Source: Octopus sinensis
Lineage: Eukaryota
Reading direction: 5' to 3'
Assembly (NCBI RefSeq): GCF_006345805.1
Contig: NW_021836363.1
Span: 1-25,152 of the forward strand
DNA: 25,152 bases
Part shown: positions 1 to 12,100 of the stretch, one piece after another
How positions within the stretch are numbered: position 1 is the first letter of the stretch
Layout: each line of letters begins with the position of its first letter
Made by a program: the position numbers and the translations under genes
The notes under the pieces: model-generated
The model's database searches: none
What the model saw: the letters and a program-made list of their open reading frames with translations, nothing else
Told to the model about the DNA's origin: nothing

Positions 1-111
1 TAAAGTTATATCTGTTATTATATATTTGTCTTTTTATAAACATAAATCTGTCCTCAAATATCTTACACACCCTGTATATATGTAACATATATTTTTATAT
101 TCATATTTCAG

Positions 112-290
112 GGGTCAGTTTAACTGGAATGTACTTCAACCCCGCTATGGCAACTGGTCACATGCTTGGATGCAAAGGAACCGAAATGTGGGAGCATCTC
201 TTAGTCTACTGGGCAGGACCCTTCGTGGGTTGTTTGTGTGGTGTTATACTTGATAGGTATATCCGTATCGAGAAGGGTATGCTGGTCTGA
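112..290 (+). CDS. Aquaporin-11/12-like (unorthodox/superaquaporin), distal coding exon with second NPA box; upstream exons lie left of the window
   Basis: Acceptor tcatatttcAG ends at 111. Manual translation: (G)VSLTGMYFNPAMATGHMLGCKGTEMWEHLLVYWAGPFVGCLCGVILDRYIRIEKGMLV* (TGA 288-290). It contains LTGxxFNPA, Cys nine residues after NPA and VYWxGP, as in AQP11/12 helix 6. Absent from the supplied ORF track. Confidence 0.88.
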
Positions 291-414
291 ACCGGAAGAA
301 TGGGAGAGAAAAATAAAAGAAAATAGAAGAAAAAAAGGAACAAAGAAAAACAGTAATGTAACAACAATAAAAAACAAAAAGCGTGAGTGTGAGTGTGAGA
401 GAGAGTGAAAGATA

Positions 415-420
<6 letters not shown>

Positions 421-481
<61 letters not shown>

Positions 482-567
482 TTAGGGAGTTAGGCAGAGA
501 AAGATAGAAAGAAATGGAGAGAAAAAGAGAGGAAGAGAGAGAAAGAAAGAATGAGACAATATTAGGG

Positions 568-600
<33 letters not shown>
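421..600. repeat. (GA)n microsatellites
   Basis: Directly visible at 421-478 and 573-600. Confidence 0.95.
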
Positions 601-606
<6 letters not shown>

Positions 607-959
607 TTACAGAAAAAAGAAAAAAATTTCCCAAGATGTTTTATAAAATTGGAAACTGAGGAATAAAGAGAAAAAATATATAAATAAATAAAAAAAAAAG
701 AATGAAAAAACCCAAACAAAACAAACAATGCAGCAAAGTGAGACGTCGAATTCGAAACTGCTCTCACGAGATTCACTTTCAGCACTGCTATCACCACCCT
801 AAGATTTTCTTGCTGTTTTACAGTGTTGGACGATAACACAGAGCTTAATATGGAGCACTCTTATCTTCTCATCAGGCAAAAATTCAGAGAGCAACAAACA
901 AAAAAAAAAGGAAAAATTTTTTTTTAAATTCTGCCCGACACAAAAGCCAGCTATTTATT

Positions 960-1204
960 ATATGTATATATGTATATATGTGTATATATATATATATGTG
1001 CGTGTGTGTGTGTGTATGTGTGTGTATGTGTGTGTGCGTGTACGTATATATACACACATATACATTGTGTGTGTTTATCAAACTATTTAAAATTATTATG
1101 TAACTCTTATTAATGTATTGAGTGCGTTTTCTTTTGTTTGACCACTCACTCACGTGTGTGCGTGTACATGTATATATACATATATATATATAATATATAT
1201 ATAT

Positions 1205-1274
<70 letters not shown>

Positions 1275-1700
1275 CGTCTCCCTGCGGCCATTAGGCACAA
1301 CTTCACAAGCCAGCCCCATACTCAACTCGTCCTGTCGAAGACCCTTGTCCTACGTCCTGGTTTCGTTTTGTTTTTTATTTTTACCGTTATTGTTTTTACG
1401 TTTTGTATTCTTATTGGTGTCACGTATTCTGTATTTTTGTTCGTGTACTTCGTTCGTTTTTCCGTCCTCGTGTTGTATACATTCGAAGCTTTCTTCCAGG
1501 GGATCTAATGCGCTTGGCTTAGATTTCCCTTGCGGGCTGGCCATATCGGAGCAATCTCAAGATTAATCAGCCGAAATTGCTAAGATGATCTGGTTCTTGA
1601 CTGATGACTGAGGGCTTCGAATGTCCCGTCCTGTGGTTCTTGTGTCGTCTCTGTGGTGTTTCATGTTCTTGTCCATGTCTGTAATTATTTTTACTTTTTA

Positions 1701-1766
<66 letters not shown>

Positions 1767-2105
1767 TATACATATTCATAAATGTATGTATATATATATA
1801 TATTATATATGTATATAGACACATATGCACACACAAATATATATGCATGTATGTACGTAGTAGATACCGCTTATTGTGATCATAGATAATGTTATCAAAC
1901 TGTTATATTGTTATATTCTCTGCGTAATGCTATCAAGACGTTTATATAGCCTAAAAAAAGATCCGTCCTAAAATGATCACAATAAACGGCTTCAACTACG
2001 TATATACTGAATATATACACACACATCCGTATATATATGCATACACTCACTCACACATACATACATACGTACGTACGTACATACATACATACATACATAC
2101 ATACA

Positions 2106-2139
<34 letters not shown>

Positions 2140-2165
2140 CATACATATATACGTATAAACATATA
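960..2165. repeat. Cluster of (TA)n, (TG)n and (TACA)n microsatellites
   Basis: Tracts at about 960-1070, 1165-1272, 1703-1815 and 2055-2150. They explain the YIYI/MYVC ORFs. Confidence 0.92.
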
Positions 2166-2947
2166 TAGCTGTGGCATATGAAGGCATTTTGAATAATTTT
2201 ACTAACAGAGTTATTTCCCATTTCTCCCCTCTCCTCACTTTTCCAACATGTACTTTTGTACAATTTAATTTTTATTTTTATAAACTGGTGTTATTAAATC
2301 ATTGGGCTTGCTTCATTTTACTTTTAATTTCATTGAATTTTGTTCAATACCTTTGATTTTAATGTCCACAACACGAAAAAATAGAGGTTAAAGTAGCCTT
2401 TCTTTTATTTTTACGGTTGTGTCTTGATGAAATAAATGTGAAAAAATGGTGGAAGGTTGTCGGTAATGTTTAAATGCTGTCGACTGTTTTTTTCCGGACC
2501 CTTTTACAAACAGAATGAACAAAAGACGATTTACTAATTTTATTAATTCTATTTTTCCGATTTATAATTAAAAAAAAACCCAACAACTCTTCATTCAAAA
2601 TGCTGAAGACAAAAAGAAAATGTAAAATAAACGAAAAGAAAATACAAACAGAAAAAAACTAAAACGAACAGAAACGGAGAAAAAAAAACTAAAAAAAAAT
2701 GAGAAACTACTAATGTGTCTTAATAAATTTTTTTTATTTGAAATTTTAATTCACCAAAAAATATTGCTTTTGTTATATCTTTTTTACTTCTTGTTATTTT
2801 TATGGATCTTTTCAATCTGACCGACAGATTTTTTAATTAATTTTTTTTAAACTAAACACTTTGGAACTTCGGATACTCGTAGAATGTATCACATAGAACA
2901 GGGTTTGCTCTTAACGTTTTTGACAAAATTTTGTATTTTAGAAGTTA

Positions 2948-3330
2948 CTAGCAGTATCGCCCGGTGTTGCTCGGGTTTGTAAGGGAAATAACTATATAAG
3001 CATTTTTAGAGAGTTATAGCCAAAAAATAGCAAAAAATGCATTAAAAATGGAAAAAAAATTATGGTAAATTTTTTTTTTAAATCGTTGACTCATCGTAGA
3101 CATTTTTATAGAATTACTTCCCTTATATAATAGCGAAAATATGCATTAAAATGGAAAAAAATTGATGGTAATTTTTTTTTTAAATCGTAGACTCATCGTA
3201 GACGCACCCAGAAAGGCTCGATATGAATCACGACTATAAGATACCCGCTTTTGGTTACACTGCACCGCAAAATGTGGGAGTAGTTAGGAATCTAAATCGT
3301 AGGAGACAACCTTACTTTTATATATAAAGA
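2948..3330 (-). mobile_element. Non-autonomous Helitron, copy 1
   Basis: On the minus strand it begins TC (TCTTTATATATAAAAG), ends CCCGAGCAACACCGGG hairpin-CGATACTG-CTAG, and sits between A and T with no TSD. Near-identical sequence at 18368-18960. Confidence 0.8.
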
Positions 3331-4068
3331 TTTCGTGTTAAAGTTGTTTGTCGTATTTCGATAATTTTAACCAATCGGTGACGTGTATTCAGCTGAAGAA
3401 AATTACTGCTGCTGTTTGCGAACAATAACTTCCTGGTCAACTCCCCTAACAAAACCCTTCTTTAATAACCAGAGATATTTTTCATAGCAACATAGGTTTG
3501 TTGTATCAAGGTTGACTTGAGGCTAAATAACAACAAAATTACTACTGAGACAGACCAACGGCGGAACCTGTATGTGGTAGCATGGCCTGCTAGAAAAAGT
3601 CGCCAAACTTTTTTATATACAGAATAGAAAAACCTCTATCCTGTGAGTTACACGTAGAGTCCATTGTGTCTGGAAAGAAAGACGGAATGGTCACAGTTGG
3701 GACGTCTTTGATCATATCTGTTCAATCAGATCCAACTCGGGACTAAACAACAAGTAACGAATGGAACGAGACGAGGCAACGAGAGAGTCTTTACCTGGTC
3801 CTCGAGTTGCTAGAAAGAGCAACCAAATCTTCCTGATAAAAAAATATTGCGTCTATATGTACAAGCATAGAGGTATTTTCATATATTAGCAAATAAATTT
3901 ACTTTTACATGGAGAATAAAAAATACAGAAATTTAAGGGGAAAATGTATAGTTTTTTTTAACTCAGCAGCTGTTTGTGGGAGCATGGAATTGTGCAAGAG
4001 TTGAAATGTTCACCATTAGCTGATGGAATGTACAAAAAGTCATGGCTATGCAACCAGTAGATGGACCT

Positions 4069-4150
<82 letters not shown>

Positions 4151-4271
4151 CCTTTAGGAAGCCAAACAAGAAGTTATCATACATTAATACAGGTTCCTAT
4201 CATTCAGCCATAGTTTTCAAGAACCCGATAGAGGGTGCCAGCAGAAGAATCTCCAGATTATCTCCAGCTAA

Positions 4272-5036
4272 GAGATATTTCATGCTATCACCCCATACTA
4301 CAATGAGGCTCTGGTCGCCAGCGGTTCCAAGGATAGAATTAGTTATACTCCAGACCCTAATCCCTCCAAGAGAAAGCGTCATCGGAAAGTGTTGTGGTTC
4401 ACACCGCCCTTTGCTTTAAGTGTTAAAACCCGGGTAAGCAAGATTTTTCTTAACTTAGTAAATAAGCACATCCCCCGTACAAATATGTTCAACAAAATAT
4501 TCAATAAACATACCCTGAGAATTTCCTTTAGCTGTGTACCCAGTGTAAAAATGATTTTAGTTGGTAGGCCCACGCCTGAGACAGAGGCAGGATGTACATG
4601 TTGGGCTAACACAACATGTCCACTGAATGGCCATTGTAACACGGAGACCGTCATATACGAGGCAGTTGTAACAGCTACAGGGCAACCAAACGTGCTGAAG
4701 TACGTGGGAGTAACTGAAGGTCCTTTCAGAACCCGCTATAGCAACCACAAGTCCTCTTTCAAGATCCCAGAGAGACGTAACTCCACAACCCTGGCCAAGC
4801 ACGTATGGTCGTTGAAAGAAAGCATCACCGAGTACAGCATAAAGTGGAAGATTCTACAGAAATGTAAAGCGTACTTCAATAGAAAATGGAAGTGTAGATT
4901 ATGTCTGGCTGAAAAAAGAGCGATTTTAAAGAGCTCCCGGCGCCCAGGCATTTACTTGAATAGCAGAAGTGGAATTTTTAATCCTTGCCCACATGAGAGG
5001 AAATACATCCTATCATACCTCCATGCCCTATCATAA
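4272..5036 (+). pseudogene. PLE ORF C-terminal fragment (linker + GIY-YIG endonuclease)
   Basis: The frame is open from 4272 (after TAA 4269-4271) to the stop at 5036 and includes track ORF 4389..5036. VIY...YVG corresponds to GIY-YIG. There is no RT core or start codon. Confidence 0.85.
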
Positions 5037-5576
5037 CTATTATCCCCAGTCCCCCACTCTCGGTCCTCCATCAATGCCCTGGAGTCCGGCAAGGGGTTTG
5101 ATCAGAGCATACACCAATGCATTCATAAACAAACACGCGCGTCCCAACACGGTGGATTCCTACCCAATAGACTGTTCTCCAAAATAAATTCCTACAGCAA
5201 TTGTACTCCCTACACACACCGCATGCCTCACGAAATTAACTAGTACATAAAAAAAAGAAAACACACCAACGAACACAGATGTGTGTGTCCACACCCCCTG
5301 CAAACGTCACATATATAGTACCACAACGCATGTTCCATTTCCACAAGAGCACCAACCTTAAGGATGCACACATTTTCCACAAACTTTTCCAGAAAACTCT
5401 TACCGACTTGCAACATAGTCAACCCCAGTGGAGATGTTTCGGTACCAAGGGGCATAACTCTTAACTCCATCTCCTACACGTTTCATTTCATCATCTTTTT
5501 CACAACAGCCACAAACCGGATGTGTCTACTTACATCTAACAATAGAGAGCAGTCACTGTATTTTATTCGCTAACAG

Positions 5577-5658
5577 TTACCTCTGATGAGTGCAGCGTTA
5601 CATAATCGGTTTGTTATGTAACACTCCATTGAATCCCTTGCGCGAAACTGATTGGTAA
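5577..5658 (+). ncRNA. Degenerate type I hammerhead ribozyme-like motif at the PLE 3' end
   Basis: TTACC(T)-CTGATGA(5583-5589)-GTGCA...TGCGC-GAAAC(5644-5648)-TGATT-GGTAA. Stem II and most of stem I pair, but the helix III/cleavage-site region is imperfect. Confidence 0.6.
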
Positions 5659-6150
5659 AATCGGCCGTAATGGATATATAATGTAGTACACTTAGAGTTA
5701 AACACGCCCCCCCCCCGATAGATAAATGTATATACATATACATGGTGGGGCAGTACCAGTAAAATTTACTGCATTTTTGACTTTGAGACAAAATATATTT
5801 TGTACAAATGCTCATTACCTCACAAGAACTATTTTAGCTAAGCAAATGACACTCTCTAAATGCATTTAAAAACACTGTAATATATTCAGAACTCTATTAT
5901 GAAACATTATCATCGTTTTTTGTGAGCATATAAAAAACAAATTTAGTGGGGCAAAATGAGTAAACCAAAGTAAGGTAAATGCGCCTCTTTCATCCTCAAG
6001 AATTATATTTGAAAAAATATTGACACACATCAGTATCCATCCTTACACATCAGAAAGATGAGAAATGCAACAAAAATTTATTATAATATGGTCAAATGAA
6101 TGAGGATCATGGAAAAATGGCACATGATATTGAAATTAACAAAAGTCGAC

Positions 6151-6665
6151 TACCGTAAATCCTCGAGTATAGTCCGCCCTTGAGTATAATACGCAGGGGA
6201 TTTTTAGGGGGCTGTACCTCTGAAAAACCTAAACCTTATGTATAATACGCACCCTATCTCTAACTTGAGTCATGGAGGTCTATATAACATCCTTGGTTTG
6301 TAAAACTGTATACGGTAACGTCCTTTATTATTATTGTATATATAACATAATGCAAACGTGTAGCTTTTTTGTGCATTTTGTTTGTAGAAAATAAAGAAAT
6401 AACAGTAAAAACGTTTAATAAATGTTGCTTACTGCAAGTTATGGATGATTCTTTTATGACTTCATTGCTTTCAGGCTTAGCTTAAATTTTTTCGCGCCCG
6501 ACATCATAAAATGCGTCTGAATAAACATTGCGGGACAGCAAATAGAGACTCGGACATTGCTTAGAAAAGAATTTTCATTTTTAACCTCGTATATAGTACG
6601 CAGTAGGGATTTTGACCTTTAAATTTTAGGGAAAAAATGCGGATTATACTCGAGGATTTACGGTA
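6151..6665. mobile_element. MITE with TA-bounded TIRs (Tc1/mariner-pogo type)
   Basis: Perfect 21-nt inverted ends TACCGTAAATCCTCGAGTATA (6151-6171) / TATACTCGAGGATTTACGGTA (6645-6665). No coding capacity. A related copy lies at 21736-22575 in the opposite orientation. Confidence 0.85.
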
Positions 6666-6724
6666 TTTAACGTGTGAAAGAGAGAGCTCATGAAATCCGC
6701 TTTCTCTTATGGTATGCCTATGTG

Positions 6725-6960
6725 TGTATGTTTTTGTGTCAGTGTTTGTCCCTCACCACCGCTTGACAACCGGTGTTGGTATGTTTGCGTCTCTGTAACA
6801 TAGCGGTTCGCCAAAAATAGACGATAGAATAAGTACCAGGCTTTAAAAAAAATGTAAGTTATAGGTGCAGCCGTGGCTGTGTGGTAAGAAGCATGCTTTC
6901 CAAGCACATGGTTCCGGGTTCAGTTCCACTGCAAAGCACCTTGGTCAAGTGTCTTCTACT
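6725..6960 (+). mobile_element. SINE fragments (3' half followed by 5' head of family A)
   Basis: Matches parts of the full-length copies at 8232-8734 and 23155-23568. Confidence 0.75.
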
Positions 6961-7362
6961 TATACTCGAGGATTTACGGTAAACCTAAAATCTGAACATA
7001 AAATATTCTCCAGAACCTCTTCACGATCTCTTGGAGTGGTTCTCTTCCATATATATTTACCCATCGGGCAGTTAAAGGGAAAGAAGTTATTGAAATTAAT
7101 CCTAACTCATTCTGCCCCAATTTAGACATAAATTTGAAAATTCTCAAACTAGACTTTAGTGTAGGAAAAAACTAAAAAACAAAATTGAGTTGGAATCCAA
7201 CAGAGAAAATAAAATTGATTATTAAATGCCAAAAAAATTATTCAGACATTTTATTAGCAACCTCGATTTACAATCGGGAGAGAGTTGAGGAAGAACTTCT
7301 TGAAAGAAGAGTATAAGGTCACCTGGCCACGTTTCAAACTATCCAAATTTCAAGAACAACAA

Positions 7363-8146
<784 letters not shown>

Positions 8147-8231
8147 GCTCTTTTACTCTTTTTGCCGGACATGAGATTGCAAGTATTCATCATCATTTTG
8201 TAATGTTGCATCATCTTTTGGAATAATATTT

Positions 8232-8478
8232 GCAGGAGTGGCTGTGTGGTAAGTAGCTTGCTTACCAACCACATGGTTCCGGGTTCAGTCCCACTGCGTG
8301 GCACCTTGGGCAAGTGTCTTCTGCTATAGCCTCGGGCCCACCAAAGCCTTGTGAGTGGATTTGGTAGACGGAAACTGAAAGAAGCCCGTCGTATATATGT
8401 ATATATATATGTATGTATATATATATATATATATTATATATATATATATATATGTATGTATATATGTATGTATGTATG

Positions 8479-8513
<35 letters not shown>

Positions 8514-8732
8514 GTATGTGTGTATATGTTTGTGTGTCTGTGTTTGTCCCCCCAGCATTGCTTGACAACCGATGCTGGTGTGCTTACGTCCCCGTCACAT
8601 AGCGGTTCGGCAAAAGAGAAACCGATAGAATAAGCACCAGGCTTACAAAGAATAAGTCCCGGGGTCGATTTGCTCGACTAAAGGCGGTGCTCCAGCATGG
8701 CCGCAGTCAAATGACTGAAACAAGTAAAAGAG

Positions 8733-8734
<2 letters not shown>
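8232..8734 (+). mobile_element. Full-length tRNA-headed SINE (family A) with internal (TA/TATG)n
   Basis: Head GCAGGAGTGGCTGTGTGG...GGTTCAGTCCC (A/B-box-like) and tail ...GACTGAAACAAGTAAAAGAGTA. At least five homologues occur in the window. Confidence 0.85.
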
Positions 8735-8767
<33 letters not shown>

Positions 8768-8847
8768 ATATATATGTATATATATATATGTATGTATATA
8801 TATATATATATATTATATATATATATGTATATACATATGTGTGTATA

Positions 8848-8922
<75 letters not shown>

Positions 8923-9088
8923 TATTATGGTTTGCTGTGAGTAGCCTCCCCTTGTCCTTGTTATTAAGGCCCCTTGCGTCATCGCTAAGCAGCACATGTA
9001 CATTCCTCTCGGTTGTCCGTAATTGTGAAATCCTGTTCTCTATTATTTATTATTTATTCTGTTCTACTCTGTTCTTCGATCGAAGGCC

Positions 9089-9147
9089 ATGTTCCGGGTT
9101 ATAGGAAGGCCCGTCCTGAGTAGCCACAGGCATCTACTGAAGAAACG
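9089..9147 (+). CDS. PITRM1: PITRM1 exon 1 ([20 protein letters not shown]), probable mitochondrial targeting peptide
   Basis: GCC-ATG context and donor CG|GTAAGT. Phase 2 fits exon 2. The peptide is Arg/Lys/Ser/Leu-rich with no acidic residues. Less conserved, so the assignment is partly inferential. Confidence 0.8.
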
Positions 9148-12100
9148 GTAAGTGGGAATTTACTAAGTTATGCTTCGAGTGTCGTAATTATAAAAAAAAT
9201 ATCTGAATTATGTAGGATTCTTTGACCCCGGACCCAGAGCAATGAACACCACTCGATCTCTCTTTACGTCCGTTCGTCTCTCGGGTGAAGATCAAAGATG
9301 TAGAATGTTTTATTTTCAGGCAGTTAAAGAAACTGTGAAGCCTTTTCGAGTTTGGTGACTTCCAGATTGTTCTTCAAGGACATATAGAATCTTTTATTAG
9401 AATTGACAGCGAACTGGGAGAATTGTTGGAGCAGTGGTAATATCCTTGTGGTACCTGTTTTGTCTTTTTACGGTCTGAGTTCAAATTCCGCCGAGGTCAA
9501 CTTTGCCTTTCATTCTTTCGGGGACGATTATATAAATACCAGTTACGCACTGGGGTCGATGTAATCGACTTAATCCGTTTGTCTGTCCTTGTTTGTCCCC
9601 TCTGTGTTTAGCCCCTTGTGGGTAGTAAAGAAAAAGGTATTTCGTCTGTCTTCATGTTCTGAGTTCAAATTCCGCCGAGGTCAACTTTTCCTTTCATCCT
9701 TTCGGGGTCGGTAAATTAAGTACCAGTTACGCACTGGGGTCGATATAATCGACTTAATACCTTTGTCTGTCCTTGTTTGTCCCCTCTGTGTTAAGCTCCT
9801 TGTGCGTAGTAAAGAAATAAGTATTTTGTCTGCCGTTACGTTCTGAGTTCAAATTCCGTCGAGGTCGACTTTGTCTTTCATCCTTTCGGGGTCGATTAAA
9901 TAAGTACCAGTTACGCACTGGGGTCGATATAATCGACTTAATCCCTTTGTCTGTCCTTGTTTGTCCCCTCTGTGTTTAGCCCCTTGTGGGTAGTAAAGAA
10001 ATAGGTACCTGTTCGGTCTTTTTGCGTTCTAAGTTCAAATGTCGCCAAGGTCGACATTATGCCTCGCCGGCATAACTACAGAAGCGTGCCCCACCTTCGA
10101 CTTTGTTTCTTATATAACTTTCTTTAAAATGCGTGTTTTTTTTTAATGAAATTTTCCGCAGAGAGATTTTAGATGTTGTAGAATCGCAATTGTGTATGTA
10201 GAAAATTGAGAAAAATAAATATTACCGGACTTGGTTGTATGCAAATACTTTAACGAAAATTTCCATAGATACGTTTACGGGGCTGTAGAGTATAATTACC
10301 GTGATCAGACTTGAAAAAGAAATCTGTATCGTAATCTACACTCGAAAATGTGTCTGGAACATTTTTTTGATAAGGTCCGCCTGGTTATATGGGGTACTTA
10401 AACCGAATCGTCTTCCCGTCTAAAAAAAGAGAAAGGAAAAAGATTACCTCTAATAATCGTGATCTCCACCAGCTAAAATGTTTCTCTAGAAAGTTTCATT
10501 CGAAATTATACGTTTTCAAGAAAGTTGTTGTAGGTGGTGGACTTTGCCTTTCATCCATTCGGGGGTCGATTAAATAAGTACCAGTTACGCACTGGGGTCG
10601 ATGTAATCGACTTAATCCGTTTGTCTGTCCTTGTTTGTCCCCTCTGTGTTTAGCCCCTTGTGGGTAGTAAAGAAATAGGTACCTGTTCTGTCTTTTTGCG
10701 TTCTAAGTTCAAATTCCGCCGAGGTCGACTTTGCCTTTCATCCTTTCGGGGGTCGATAAATTAAGTACCAGTTACGCGCTGGGATCAATATAATCAACTT
10801 AATCCGCCTGTCTGTCCTTGTTTGTCCTCTCTGTGTTTAGCCCCTTGTGGGTAGTAAAGAAATAGGTATATCGTCTGTCATTACTTTCTGAGTTCAAATT
10901 CCGCCAAAGTACTTTGCCTTTCATCCTTTCGGGGGTCGATAAATTAAGTACCAGTTACGCGCTGGGATCGATATAATCAACTTAATCCGCCTGTCTGTCC
11001 TTGTTTGTCCTCTCTGTGTTAAGCCCCTTGTGGGTAGTAAAGAAATAGGTATTCGTCTGTCGCTACGTTCTGAGTTCAAATTCCGCCGAGGTCGACTTTG
11101 CCTTTCATCATTCGGGGTCGATTAGATAAGTACCAGTTATGCACTGGGGTTGATATAATCGACTTAATCCGTTTGTCTGTTCATGTTTGTCCCCTCTGTG
11201 TTTAGCCCCTTGTGGGTAGTAAAGAAATAGGTATTTCGTCTGCCGAGGTCGACTTCACCTTTCATCCTTTTGGGGTTGATAAATTAAGTACCAGTGAAAC
11301 ACTGGGGCTGATGTCATCGACTTTTCCCATCCCCCCAATTTCTGACCTTGTGCCTTTAGTAGAAAGGACAGTGCCGCCTGACTGGCACTCGTGCCACAAG
11401 GCCAGCAATTTCATGGGAATAGGTAAGTTAATTACATCCACCCCAGTGCTTCGCTCTGCCTTCATCATCATCATCGTTTAACGTCCATTCTCCATGCTAG
11501 CATGGGTTGGATGGTTCGACCGGGGATCTGGGAAGCCAGAAGGCTGCACCAGGCTCCGGTCTTATCTGGCAAAGTTTCTACAGCTGGATGCCCTTCCTAA
11601 CGCCAACCACTCCGAGAGTGTAGTGGGTGCTTTTTACGTGCCACCTGCACTGGTGCTAGGCGAGGCTGGCATCGGCCATGGTCGGATTGGTGCATTTTAC
11701 GTGCCACCTGCATGGAAGCCAGTCGAGGCGGCACTGGCTTCGGCCACGATTCGGATGGTGCATCTTACGTGCCACCTGCATGGAAGCCAGTCGAGGCGGC
11801 ACTGGCTTCGGCCACGATTCGGATGGTGCATCTTACGTGCCACCTGCATGGAAGCCAGTCGAGGCGGCACTGGCTTCGGCCACGATTCGGATGGTGCATC
11901 TTACGTGCCACCTGCATGGAAGCCAGTCGAGGCGGCACTGGCTTCGGCCATGATTCGGATGGTGCATCTTACGTGCCACCTGCATGGAAGCCAGTCGAAG
12001 CGGCGCTGGCATCGGCCACGATTCGGATAGTGCTTTTTACGTATCTCCAGTCCAGGGGTCCTTGCATCTGCCGGGTGCCAGTCATAGGATTGGTTCAATT

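Larger units (their letters stand above)
4148..5690 (+). mobile_element. Penelope-like retroelement, 5'-truncated (RT thumb remnant + GIY-YIG endonuclease + 3' region with hammerhead motif)
   Basis: RPFRKPN..LSYINTGSYH..SRRISRLS (from 4148), a frameshift at about 4270, then an open frame 4272-5036: EIFHAITPYYNEAL..WFTPPF..CTC..CPLNGHC..VIYEA..KYVGVTEGPFRTRYSNH..CRLCLAEK..LNSR..CPH. These are PLE RT-thumb and GIY-YIG motifs. The right boundary is approximate. Confidence 0.88.

Noticed and set aside
201-839. 212-aa minus-strand ORF
   Set aside because: It is built from (CT)n/poly-T complement, is antisense to the aquaporin exon and has no recognisable domain.
1540-1630. CTGATGA at 1601-1607 with a nearby hairpin and upstream CCGAAA; tested as a hammerhead
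   Set aside because: Downstream there is GAAT rather than GAAA, and no consistent stem I/II pairing exists in the type I, II or III topology. It is probably part of an unclassified repeat.
884-2356. Many YIYI/MYVC/HTHT ORFs (also 8262-9104, 13902-14821, 20885-21224, 23957-24708)
   Set aside because: Translations of TA, TG, TACA and GA microsatellites and SINEs, which lack stops by construction.
6985-7360. Unique-looking stretch with moderately long open frames
   Set aside because: No recognisable motifs or paired splice sites in any frame.
8927-9085. Upstream ATG (MVCCE*) and a possible 5'-UTR intron GTGAGT(8937)...GAAG(9085)
   Set aside because: The putative upstream exon abuts a microsatellite, and the TSS cannot be determined from sequence alone.
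9440-12040. CRISPR-like appearance of the 184-bp and 68-bp periodic repeats
   Set aside because: There are no unique spacers (whole units repeat) and no cas genes, and the context is a eukaryotic intron.
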